A stretch of 64,000 nt of DNA from Eledone cirrhosa (GCA_964016885.1 OZ024742.1:118358001-118422000); one strand, 5' to 3'. Numbered from the stretch's first letter, positions 13,051 to 25,903 are shown. Program-made: numbers and translations. Notes: generated from the sequence alone by a model not told the origin.

Positions 13051-13080
<30 letters not shown>

Positions 13081-13082
<2 letters not shown>

Positions 13083-13170
13083 TTGTTTCTACTTTATGCA
13101 CTAGGGCAGCAATTTGGAGCGGGGACAGTCGATTAAATCGACCCCAGTGCGTGACTGGTACTTTATTTTC
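13081..13170 (-). mobile_element. SINE 3' fragment (long-insert subtype)
   Basis: aattgtttctac..gtcgattaaatcgaccccagtgcgtgactggtactttattt. Confidence 0.8.
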
Positions 13171-14554
13171 TTTTTTACCCTCTTCATTTTCGTTTTCAGT
13201 GTGTCTTTATTGGACCTTTTTTCTGTTTTCCCATTGTGATCCTGTCTCTATTTTGTACTCCTGAACGTTCTTTCCTCTTTCCAATATAAAGCGTGAAACT
13301 AATAAGACTTTTTGTACTTCTGTTGTCTCCTTGAACTATATATGTATATATAAATCGATTAATTATCTTAGCGTTGTTTGGGAGAATTAGTCACAGATGT
13401 TCCACAGCTGCTGTATCAACTATTATATCTATCATTAGAAATGTTGCACGATCTTGTATAGAAAATAAGAAGGATATTGTGTCATATCGTGTCGCAATTT
13501 TCTGTGTAGGATTAACAATGATAATTAACACAAATGAACAGAAGCACTTATTACAGAAACATCTATTAAACAGTGATTTCATAAATGTTTGCATTATATG
13601 TATCCTAAGCATCAGTCAGTAGTGGATTAGCCCAGTTTTAATAATGGTGGTGATGGTTGTGTGTGCTGTGACATTGTTGGTGTTTCTAAAATAATTCAAG
13701 TGGCAATAAAACGCACTAAAACCATGTGAGCCAAAGATTATCTCTACATGTGTTGGTTCTATAATTTTCAATAGCCATTTTAGAAGCTAACTATATACAG
13801 TGAAGTTATTTCAGTCAAATGGTTTTAGAATAATTACCATGAAACAATAATTAAGCTACGTTTATAAACGTTACTATTACAGAATTACCAACCTCTAGTA
13901 ACCCAAACGGGGAGTATTATGGAAAAAAGTGAGAAATGAGGCAAAATGGGGAGATTTTACATAATGAAACCTATACCCATTTTCACAAGAAAAGACATCT
14001 CTCACCCACCCCAATGTTGGTGGGAGATCTCTCCGTCTACGGGGACAGTTGACAGGTCTGCTATAAGATAAATGTGTACTATATTAGTAAAAGTTGTAGT
14101 ATTATTGGTTGTAGTAGAATGAGATAGTGTTGAATAAATCTGTAAGATTTCACTTTTATTTATACAATATTTTTTTCATTATTCATAGAAACAATCTAGA
14201 AACAATCTAGGAAGGACTTTCTTGACAATTCAATGATGTCATCATAACCATCATTGTAGTAGACTTAGTTGTGGATAGGATAATGATGAAATTTCTGCTA
14301 TATTTTCATTCCAAGTGCAATTTTAAGACAGTGAAGAAGGTTTTTTTTTTGTTTTTTTTTGTAGGTATGACAGAAGTAATTAAATAGAAGTAATTAGATG
14401 CGAAACTTGGACTCTTACTAGATCTAAGGACAAGTTCTGAGAATGCTGCTACACGCCAAATGTTTTTAACGTCAGATGAGTGTAGATAATAACCAATTAA
14501 CCACTCTATGATTATCTTTCTCGGTTGAACAACAAGACAGTTGCAGCTTGGACA

Positions 14555-14815
14555 CTTTAAACTGGGCAGAGCCCATCTCCTGTCCAGGTATGAACACAGC
14601 CGATTTCTTTCAGAGAAGGAAAATGAGAGGAGAGGAAGCGAAAAAGATATATAAAAGAAGAATTGACCTCGTACTTGACTGGAACGTTTTTTTTTTTATT
14701 GACCTCTATATGATGAAAGATAAAGATTTTCTCGGCAAGATTTGAACGCAGAGAGCTGGAACGAATACCACAAAGCATTCTTTCCGACATTCAAATAAAT
14801 CTGCTAGTTCTCCGC
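14555..14815. repeat. dispersed repeat plus diverged SINE remnant
   Basis: Similar to 2655-2922. Confidence 0.6.
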
Positions 14816-15401
14816 CTCCTTTCTATTACTAATAGGACCAAAGAACCGTAAAAAACAATCATTTCCAATATTAGTTTAGTATTAGTAATTCAGTATTATT
14901 AATTTAACGCCTTCCTCTTACTTACAAACAAACACTACTCAGTAGATCATAAATATATTAGAAACAATACTAGAGATTACTGCAGCTACACTAAAACATA
15001 AAGCTTGGCATACAAATACTGAACAATGAAGTACCTAAAAACACATGCATCGAAAACATACGCAACTGCATTGTCCGTTAAATAGAAGATAACTAACAAA
15101 GAAATACTTTTATATATTAAACGTAATCTGAGTTTTTCGAATATTAATAATAACGTTCGATTCATTTGCAATTATGCAATTATGATGAAGGGTGATACCC
15201 AGAAACATTAATATCTGCAGTTCTGTTTACGTGCCAATGCAAGGGCAAGAATGAGGGGTTTATTCTACTGACATGGCTTTAAAATGAGGCTTCTTTGCAT
15301 AATTGCAAATGAGTCGAATGTTATTAATATTTGAAAAACTCAGATTACATTTATTGTATTCAGCCATGTAGAGCGAAATTTTTTTTATTTTTTTATTTTT
15401 A

Positions 15402-15482
<81 letters not shown>

Positions 15483-15548
15483 TAAAATGTTTGACCCCGA
15501 CAGCAGAGCTCAAGCCTTTTCTTCGTTATATATATATATAGAGAGAGA

Positions 15549-15622
15549 ACAATTGTTTCTACATTTGGCACAAGGCCAGCAATTATCCAGTGCATTACTG
15601 GTTCTTTATTTTATCGACCCCG
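15549..15622 (-). mobile_element. SINE 3' fragment
   Basis: aattgtttctac..ggcacaaggccagcaatt..ttttatcgaccccg. Confidence 0.85.
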
Positions 15623-15808
15623 AGAGAGAGAGATTAATAATAATAAATGTTTCGCTCCACATGGCTGAATACAATAAATGTAATCTGAGTTTTTCGAATA
15701 TTAATAGTATTCGATTCGTTTGCAATTATGCAGACAAGCCTCATTTTTAAAGCCATATCAGTAGAATGAACCCTTCATTCTTGCTCTTGTGTTGGCATGT
15801 AAACAGAA

Positions 15809-15852
15809 TTGCAGACCTTAATGTTTCTGTGTATTACCCTTCATCAGTACAG
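15809..15852 (-). ncRNA. type I hammerhead ribozyme motif (mutated helices)
   Basis: CTGTA-CTGATGA-A-GGGT AAT ACAC-A-GAAA-CATTAAGG-TC-TGCAA. Confidence 0.65.
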
Positions 15853-16367
15853 CTCACTGTTCACCTGCCAACTGTCAGAGCTAGTGAAAATATATATTTT
15901 CTAAAATATACAGTGACTGATCGGCCTGATTTGCATATTAGCGGACTGGCTTATCAGTCAGATCTGCATATTATCAGATCCACTGATCAGCCAGATTTGC
16001 ATATCAGCAGACTGACCAGTCAGTTTCCTATATACGAGCGATCAATGGCCGGCTTTGCCAACAAAAGAGTAAGAATGAGGGGCTCATTCTATTGACATGA
16101 CTTTAAAAATGAGGCTTGTTTGCATAATTGCAAACAAATCGAATATTATTATTAATATTCGAAAAACTCAGATTACATTTATTGTATTCAGCCATCTAGA
16201 GCGAATTTCTTTTTAATGTTAAATCGTGCGATAACCAGGGCAGCCATCACCCTGTATGTGTGTATATATATATATATACACCATATATATATAACTACCT
16301 CCCCAGCTGGCACCACGGGGAGGTAGTTCGGCATGCCAGCTATATATATACACACATACACACATGC

Positions 16368-16398
<31 letters not shown>

Positions 16399-16401
16399 GT
16401 G

Positions 16402-16455
<54 letters not shown>

Positions 16456-16649
16456 TTACCATCCCATTCCTACTGACTAGCCTCTGTGTAACGTGATTGA
16501 TTCTTTAGAATCGGCCACCTGACCAGTGGCAGCGAGGATTTCAGTGCATGGAATTCAGTCCCCGCTAGCTGTTCCATCTACTGAATTATTATTATTTTTA
16601 TATGAGTCCCCGGTGTCCGCGCATTGCCTGGAGACTTAGCTGAGAATAG

Positions 16650-16731
16650 ACTCCCTGATGGCGCAATGAATTCTCGACAGTTAGATTACGTAACTGTCTT
16701 TATCCCATTGCAGAAACTAATTAGTTGGAGT
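16650..16731 (+). ncRNA. type I hammerhead ribozyme, A9G variant
   Basis: ACTCC-CTGATGG-...-GAAA-CTAATTAG-TT-GGAGT. Confidence 0.7.
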
Positions 16732-17208
16732 GAAAATTTAAGTAAGTAAGTTAAAATTTTTTTTTTAAATTTTTTTAAAGAATTTTCTTATTTTACGTCT
16801 ATTATATTATTGTTCTGCATCCTCCTGCATTGAACCACCTAGATACTATGACATAACCTGTGTGTTTGCTGGCATTAGCGTACATCTGTGCGCTTATGTT
16901 AGTAGATATATTAAATTATCTATATTTATCTCCAAATCACTGATTTGTCGAGCAAACCTGCCAAAACCACTTCTAAATTTTTTTTTGGGGGGGTGTTAGT
17001 AGGCGTCTGTCATCTTACCATCCCATTCCTACTGACTAGCCTCTGTGTAACGTGATTGATTCTTTAGAATCGGCCACCTGACCAGTGGCAGCGAGGATTT
17101 CAGTGCATGGAATTCAGTCCCCGCTAGCTGTTCCATCTACTGAATTATTATTGTTTTTATATGAGTCCCCGGTGTCCGCGCATTGCCTGGAGACTTAGCT
17201 GAGAATAG

Positions 17209-17290
17209 ACTCCCTGATGACGCAATTAATTCTCGACAGTTAGATTACGTAACTGTCTTTATCCCATTGCAGAAACTAATTAGTTGGAGT
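17209..17290 (+). ncRNA. type I hammerhead ribozyme, intact core
   Basis: ACTCC-CTGATGA-cGCAAT..GACAGTTA gattacg TAACTGTC..ATTGCa-GAAA-CTAATTAG-TT-GGAGT. Confidence 0.85.
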
Positions 17291-17361
17291 GAAAATTTAA
17301 GTAAGTAAGTTAAAAAAAAATTTTTTTATTTTTTTAAAGAATTTTCTTATTTTACGTCTGT

Positions 17362-17450
<89 letters not shown>

Positions 17451-17506
17451 TGTTAGTTATGCGACTTGCTTTTGTCTAGTGATTTAGGCGGATATATATA
17501 TATATA

Positions 17507-17628
17507 CAGGGTGGCACAAAAATCACAATACATAGGAAATGTTTAAGTTTCCATATTTGTTTTGAATAAATTGTTTCTTATATAACATAATTATTTTGTT
17601 TCATGTATCGTGACTTTTGGGCCACTCT
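17507..17628. mobile_element. Tc1/mariner-type MITE
   Basis: TA|CAGGGTGGCACAAAA...TTTTGGGCCACTCTG|TA terminal inverted repeats; inverted copy at 22163-22288. Confidence 0.75.
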
Positions 17629-17689
<61 letters not shown>

Positions 17690-17704
17690 TGTGTGTATAT
17701 ATAT

Positions 17705-17782
17705 AGCTGGCATGCCGAACTACCTCCCCGTGGTGCCAGCTGGGTGGTCTAAGATTACTCCTAGACCAGTGAAAAGTTCGGC
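17705..17782 (+). ncRNA. HDV-like ribozyme (catalytic C position reads T)
   Basis: P1 AGCTGGC/GCCAGCT, P2 GCCGAACT/AGTTCGGC, P3 ACC/GGT, L3 TCCCCGT, J1/4 GGG, P4 TGGTCTA/TAGACCA, J4/2 GTGAAA. Confidence 0.85.
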
Positions 17783-18529
17783 GGCAGTGCCTAAAGACGT
17801 GGTGGGTTTACGCCTGGCAAACGTTCTCCCTATAAAAAGCCACAGATGTCCGCAACAGCACTGAGCATTGGGACCCCGGTTTGGTTAACGATCAAGCAAA
17901 GGCGTATGAACTGGTCTACTGGTCATCGTCTCCCAATGGGTGCGACTCCCTGATCTCGCTCCGCTGCCTTGTGGACAGACTTTTTAGTCAAAGGCTCCGG
18001 GTGGGGTCCCCAAAGTAAACCCCCTACTTCAGCCTAGGCAACCGGGTAGTATTACGCCTTCTGGAGAGGGAAACTCCGACATCAAACCTATGGCCCGAGG
18101 ACCTCGCTGTCACCGTCCCAGCTCGCTAGGCCATTGCAGATGAACCTCGTGCTTAAAGGGTGGGGCCAGTTTGCGCGCACTGCACTTCACCTTAAAACTC
18201 CTCAGCGCAGGCTGAAGGACACGTCCACGTTCTATGACCAACCATTCCCAAAGCCCTGCAGTGATGGGAAAGGGGCGAAAGCGGCAGGTGGGAGATGTCA
18301 CTGGAAGCCGTTGTCTCGATCCTACATGTAGGTGGTTCAGGACTTTGGTCGTCTGGTTGTCGATCCGGTGGCGACGACACCACTCGGCAGCATCCTGAGC
18401 GACCAGGTAGCCCTATCTAGGGTGAGCACTGCCTGCTCCACATGGAGAGGGGCGGTAGAAAAGGTTCGCCTAAACAAAGCTCGTCTCCTCTATACCCAGT
18501 TGGTTATCCGCGGTCAACGGGCATCTTCA

Positions 18530-21500
18530 GAGCGGTCAAACGAACAAACATGGAAACAAAACTAAAGAAAAGTAAGCTGGACTTGTGGAATGTCAGGACT
18601 ATGCTTGACAAGGCTGAGAGCAGCCGCCCGGAACGTCGTTCGGCTCTCATAGCCCATGAACTCTCCCGTCTCCACATCGACATAGCAGCTCTCAGTGAGG
18701 TCCGCTTCGCTAACGAGAGCAGCCTCAAAGACCGCGGCGCTGGCTACACCCTTTTCTGGTCCGGGAAACCATCATCTGGAAGACGCCTGTCGGGTGTAGG
18801 ACTCATGGTGAGGAATTCCATCGCCTCCAATCTGGAAACGTTACCCACGAGCCACTCGGACCGCATCATATCCATGCGCCTACCACTGGAGAGCAAACAA
18901 CAGCTCACGCTCTTCAGTGTCTATTCTCCAACGCTACTGGCAGATCCTGCGGACAAAGACAGTTTCTATTCTGATCTGCGCAGACTCTTGAACAACACCC
19001 CTGCAGACGACAAGGTCCTGATCCTTGGCGACTTCAACGCAAGAGTTGGGAGGGACTCTGAGGCCTGGAAAGGAGTCCTTGGAAGACACGGCGTTGGTGG
19101 CTGTAACGACAACAGGCGCCTCCTGCTCGAGTTCTGCACAGAGCACCAACTTGCCATTACCAACACAATCTTCCAACAGAAAGACCGCCTGAAAACAACT
19201 TGGATGCATCCTCGGTCCAAACATTGGTATCTACTTGACTATGTGCTTGTGCGCCAACGGGACCTGAAAGATGTTCTACACACGAGAGTGATGCCCAGTG
19301 CAGAGTGCCACACTGACCATCGCCTTGTCCGCTGCAAGCTCAAACTGCAGTTCAAACCCAAACCCAAGAAGAAAGGTAACCCCCGTAAAGAAACTCAACG
19401 TCGGCAGCCTGTGTCGGGAGAAAGTGAAAGCCAAGTTCCAAGCAGACCTGCAGCAAAAACTAGACGAATCGCCTTGCACTGATGACCCCCAACCCAGACA
19501 CCTTGTGGGAGAACCTGAAATCAGCCATCCTTAAGATATCTGAGGAAGTTCTTGGGCACACAAAAAAGAAAAACAAGGACTGGTTTGATGAAAATGACAA
19601 GGAGATCCAGGACTTACTAGCAAAGAAGAGGGCAGTTCATCAGGCCCACCCTGCACAACCAGCCTGTCCTGTAAAGAAAGATACCTTTCGACGTGCATGC
19701 AGCACCCTACAGCGCAAACTCAGAGAAATACAGAACGAGTGGTGAGACCACCTGGCGTGGAGAACCCAGCTGTGCGCTAACCTCGGAGACTATAGGGACT
19801 TCTATGAGGCTCTGAAAGAAGTGTATGGCCCCACCCACCAGCTCCAGAGTCCCCTTCGCAGTTCAGATGGAGAGGACCTCCTCACCGATAACACCTCCAT
19901 CCTCGCTCGCTGGTCCGAGCACTTCCAAAGCCTCTTCAGTGCTGACCGCACCGTACAGAACGCTGCCATCCATCGTGTTCCTCAACTTCCACTCAAAGAG
20001 GAGCTCGACGAACCACCTACCCTCGAAGAGACGCCTGAAATCATAGAACAACTCAAGAGTCGCAAAGCAGCAGGGGTTGACAGCATCGCACCAGAAATCT
20101 GGAAGAATGGAGGTCCGACGCTCCACGACAAGCTACACGATTTTCTTGTCTGCTGTTGGGAGCAGGGTAAGCTGCCACAGGATCTTCGCGACGCCGTCAT
20201 CATAACCCTGTACAAGAACAAGGGTGAAAAGTCTTACTGCTCCAACTACCGGGGAATCACCCTACTCTCCATCGCTGGCAAAGTACTTGCCAGGATCCTG
20301 CTCAACAGGCTCGTACCAACCATCGCTGTGGCTTCAGAGTGTGGCTTCAGAGCCAACAGAGGCACGACGGACATGGTGTTCGTCCTCCGCCAACTCCAGG
20401 AGAAGTGCCGAGAACAAAACAAGGGACTCTATGCTGCTTTTGTCGACCTCACAAAAGCATTTGACACAGTGAGCAGGACAGGACTATGGCTCATCCTGGA
20501 ACGACTTGGCTGTCCCACCAAGTTTCTACAGATGGTGATTCAGCTGCACGAGAACCAGCGCGGCCAGATCAGACTCAACGGTGACCTGACGGAGCCCTCC
20601 TCCAACGGCGTGAAGCAGGGTTGTGTCCTGGCACCGACTCTCTTCAGCATCTTCTTCAGCATGATGCTCAAGCATGCAACTGAGGATCTGGATGATGGGG
20701 ATGGGGTGTATGTCAGGTACCGTATGGATGGCAGCCTCTTCAATCTACGGCGCCTCCAAGCCCATACCAAGACCCAGGAGAGGCTGATCCGAGACCTTCT
20801 CTTCGCGGACGACGCTGCCCTCGTCGCCCACACAGAGCGAGCTCTGCAGCGCATCACGTCCTGCTTTGCGGACGCCTCACTGCTCTTTGGCCTGGAGGTT
20901 AGCCTCAAAAAGACGGAGGTTCTTCCCCAACCTGTCCCCCAATAAGAATACCGCCCACCCTACATCACTATCTGCGATACCGAACTGAAATCAACACAAC
21001 AGTTGACATACCTGGGCTGCATCATCTCATCCGATGCAAGGATCGACAAAGAAATTGACAACAGACTCTCTAAGGCAAATAGCTCCTTTGGCAGATTGTA
21101 CAAACGTGTTTGGCACAACAAAAACCTGAAGAACAAGACAAGGATCAGCGTCTACAGGGCCGTGGTTCTCACCATTCTCCTCTACGGCTTGGAGACCTGG
21201 GTCACCTACCGCAGTCACATCCGTCTCCTCAAGCGCTTCCACCAGCGATGTCTCCGCACCATCCTCAACATTCGCTGGAGTGACTTCGTCACAAACGTTG
21301 AAGTTCTGGAACAGGCCGAGATCCCCAGCATTGAAGCCATGCTACTGAAGTACCACCTCCGATGGGCAGGGCATGTCTCCAGAATGGAGAACCATCGCCT
21401 TCCTAAGATTGCCCTGTTTGGCGAACTCTCCACCGGCCACCGAGAGAGAGGAGCCCCGAAGAAACGCTACAAAGACTGCCTCAAAAGGTCTCTCACGGCA

Positions 21501-21750
21501 TGTCATGTTGACCACCAATGCTGGTCAGACCTGGCTGAGAGCCGTGATGCCTGGCGCCACACGATCTTCAACGCGGTCAACGAGTTTGAGGAAGACAGAA
21601 GAGACGCGCAAAAAGACAAGAGACGCAGAAGGAAGGCCCGAGTCGCCTCTGACACCACACCGGACGTTACCTTCATCCGTGGACACTGCTCACGGACCTG
21701 CCTTTCCGCATTGGACTTGTCAGTCATGAGCATGCCTGCAGACGACGTGG
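18530..21750 (+). pseudogene. RTE ORF (AP endonuclease plus reverse transcriptase)
   Basis: WNVRT, LSEVR, LGDFNARVG, TDH, NYRGITLLS, FVDLTKAFD, GVKQGCVLAPTLF, LFADD, YLG, LRWAGHV. Frameshifts near 19380 and 19480; stops at 19743 and 20943. Confidence 0.93.
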
Positions 21751-21874
21751 ACAACCTTCCTAATCTTCGTTCGCGAAGCCATGATGATATATATATATAT
21801 ATATTTATTAAAATAGTGCCGTTAAGGGTGAAAGCAGCGATTCTTTGCTTAAACATTAATCTGTTATTTTAATA

Positions 21875-21961
21875 AATTTTTGCTCTACAGTTCTTATATA
21901 TTTGATATATATTTATCTTATCGAGCCCTCTTTGGATTTTAGTCTTCAAATATATTATTAT

Positions 21962-22011
<50 letters not shown>

Positions 22012-22095
22012 ATAATAATAAATTTGAAGACTAAAATCCAAAGAGGGCTCGATAAGGATAAATATATATATCAAATATATAAGAACCGTAGAGCA

Positions 22096-22102
<7 letters not shown>
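21875..22102. repeat. about 90-bp-arm palindrome centred on (TA)n
   Basis: aatttttgctctac..gagccctctttggattttagtcttcaaa versus tttgaagactaaaatccaaagagggctc..gtagagcaaaaatt. Confidence 0.9.
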
Positions 22103-22162
<60 letters not shown>

Positions 22163-22164
<2 letters not shown>

Positions 22165-22288
22165 GGGTGGCCCAAAAGTCGCGATACATAAAAAAAAAAA
22201 ATTATGTTTTATAAGAAACAATTTATTCAAAATAAATATGGAAACTTAAAAATGTCCTCCCTGTATATATATATATTGGGCCACCCTG
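22163..22288. mobile_element. Tc1/mariner-type MITE, inverted relative to the 17507 copy
   Basis: CAGGGTGGCCCAA...TTGGGCCACCCTG; internal sequence matches the reverse complement of 17507-17628. Confidence 0.75.
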
Positions 22289-22318
22289 TATATATATATC
22301 CGCTTAAATCACTAGACA

Positions 22319-23067
<749 letters not shown>

Positions 23068-23723
23068 GGAAAAAGTGAACTGAAATTTCATTTCTCACTC
23101 TCGGCTGTTACTTAAATATAAGTATGTATACGTACACATACTTATATATATATATAACCGCCTAAATCACTAGACAAAAGCAAGTCGCATAACTAGCGAA
23201 CCATAACAAACTTTAGTCTTTCTGTACAATATTTGTATTCAATTAAGAAGATAATCATTTTCAAGAAAATACAATCCTTAACACAAAAATCACTAGACTA
23301 TGGAAAGCAAAAAAGGCTCACGACCAACCAACCGTCGAAAAGCAACCCTTTGTATTATTAGTTTAGTATTATTGATTTAGTATTATTAATTTGACATTGA
23401 CAAAGAATGGAATAGCTGTGTCAGACGAATATTGTTCATCTGAATGGTAAGGAAAGAAAACGAAATTAAAATCTTCAAAAGAAACTATTTGAAAGAAAAA
23501 ATGGAGAGAATGAAAATAAAATAAATAGGTAAACGAAAATATAGTGTCGAAATCCGGCTGTAGTCCATAAAAAGTGGCGTAGTAATAGATTTTCAACAGT
23601 TGAAACGTGAAATCAGGAGCAAATAAGAGGTAAGATGTGTTGAAAGTGTGTTAATATATCATATGTGTGTGAGTATGTGAGTGTGTGTGTATGTATGTAT
23701 GTATGTATGTATGTATGTATGTA

Positions 23724-23793
<70 letters not shown>

Positions 23794-24029
23794 AAAGTGG
23801 TTGCAAGAAGCTAACTACAATGGGCATCTGTTTGTTGTGGGCATGCATATATGTATATATGTGCCAAAACGGTATAATTGTGTGAATGGTGTACAATATA
23901 TATATATATATATATATATAATTTAGGAATATTGTTATTAATAGAGATGGAGAAAGGAGCATTATACCAGATTATGTTTTTGTATCTAGGTCTTTTATTA
24001 AAATTATTGGAATGGTCATATATATATAT

Positions 24030-24900
24030 ATATTGTTATACTTTGGGAGGGTCATGTTGCCAATAAGAAACACACGCACTAGTAACTTTCACTCCAATTT
24101 ATTATAAATTAAATTTATAAATTTAAGAAATTTGTAAATTTCCGGTTGGTTCCACAACCGGACGGTTGTTCATATATTGTCAAACTTCTTTCGTCACACA
24201 TTCTGTGACCTCTTCAATGACTGGGGATTCTTTTCTTTGTTTTGTGCCTCTCCTTTGTTCTCTGTCCCACGCCATCTTGTTTGTGTGTGTGTCGTGTGCT
24301 TAGTTTGCGCATGTGTTACATCCGGGTGTCTGTGTGTGTTTTTATTTGTTTGTTTATTTACATGTTACTAGTTGGTTGTTTGTTCTATGTGTGTGTGTTT
24401 TCATTTTGTCCTTAACTGAATGTAATAGCAACATCAGAACTTACAATTAAGGACAAAATGAAAACACACAAACATAGAACAAACAACCAGCTAGTAACAT
24501 GTAAATAAACAAATAAATAAACAAATATAAACACACCTGGATGTAACACATGCGCAAACTAAGCACACAACACACACAAAAACAAGATGGCGTGGGACAG
24601 AGAATAAAGGAGAGGCACAAAACAAAGAAAAGAATCCTAAGTCACTGAAGAGGTCACAGAATGTGTGACGAAAGAATTTTGACAATATATGAACAACCGT
24701 CCGGTTGTGGAACCAACCAACCAACCGGAAATTTACAAATTTCTTAAATTTATAAATTTAATTTATAATAAATTGGAGTGAAAGCAACTGTTGCGTGTGT
24801 TTCTTATTGGCAACATGACCCTCCCAAAGTATAACAATATCGGTTTCAACACACGTTTTCAGATAAAGAATCTTGCTAAACAAATTCAGAAACGATATAT
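24030..24900. repeat. inverted pair of pLTR-like repeats (arms about 385 bp) with hammerhead motifs
   Basis: Arms 24030-24415 and 24447-24840. Family pieces also at 4521-4556, 35120-35272, 62860-63000, 63885-63945. Confidence 0.9.
24641..24683 (+). ncRNA. minimal type I hammerhead motif
   Basis: GTCA-CTGAAGA-G-GTCACA gaatg TGTGAC-GAAA-GAAT-TT-TGAC; the minus copy at 24179-24221 has TTGAAGA. Confidence 0.7.
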
Positions 24901-25462
24901 ATATACATACATACATATAAATTAGCGAGAATCGTTTTCAGCTCAGGAATTAACGAAAATCAACGTCCGATATGTGTGGCAAGCGCTCGATGAATCATAT
25001 GAATCAGAGCTACAACATACGTTAAGGGCCAAACACACTGAGATGATGGTTAAACATATCATCCGCACAGCCAAAATCAAAACGACCAAGTAATTCGGGT
25101 CAAACAATAAAAATATATGTGTTGATACTTTCCCGGACCCTGGACTGATGGTAAAATCCAGTATTGGTTTCTGCGACTCCAAATCAGGTACTGTCCGCCT
25201 ACATAAAGAATGTTGGGCTTCTGGTGAGATGATGAACAAGGCAGTCGTGTTTTCAACGGGTTTTGCTCCAATATGCTATAGATAGTGTAGCTATTACTGA
25301 CCCCTCGTGGGATTCAGCAAGGGAGGTAACACCTCTATTAAGCGAATGATTCAGTTGTGTATTATTGCGAGAATGCAAAATATCACAAATCGAATTAAAG
25401 CTCTCGACAGAATGGTTAAATATAACAGAGCCATTCAACAGTCAATATAAGTAACTGAAAAA

Positions 25463-25519
<57 letters not shown>

Positions 25520-25523
25520 GTTC

Positions 25524-25559
25524 CTTTACCAGTTTCGCAGTTCTTCTGCTTTTCAAAAG
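25524..25559 (-). ncRNA. minimal hammerhead with U3-A8 core
   Basis: CTT-TTGAAAA-GCAG aagaa CTGC-GAAA-CTGG-TA-AAG. Confidence 0.7.
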
Positions 25560-25668
25560 TAGAGTTGAGATGGAGGGTCTGGACTCCAGTTGTATTTTCG
25601 ATTTCATCTTTTTTTCTTTATACTTTCACTCGGTTATTTTTCATTTTGTAAAATAAAACCTCACTTTC

Positions 25669-25813
<145 letters not shown>

Positions 25814-25824
25814 ATATATATACA

Positions 25825-25903
<79 letters not shown>

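Larger units (their letters stand above)
15120..16210. repeat. cluster of octamer/hammerhead repeat copies in alternating orientation
   Basis: Approximately (-)15120-15180, (+)15180-15378, (-)15645-16030, (+)16050-16210. Hammerhead motifs at 15181-15220(+) and 15809-15852(-). Confidence 0.85.
16452..17363 (+). repeat. 559-bp-period partial tandem repeat with one hammerhead per unit
   Basis: 16452-16803 is nearly identical to 17011-17363. Confidence 0.92.
17705..21787 (+). mobile_element. full-length RTE-clade LINE with disrupted ORF
   Basis: 5' HDV-like ribozyme, about 0.8 kb 5'UTR, single EN-RT ORF, 3' end cgaagccATGATGAT; flanked by (TA)n. Confidence 0.93.
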
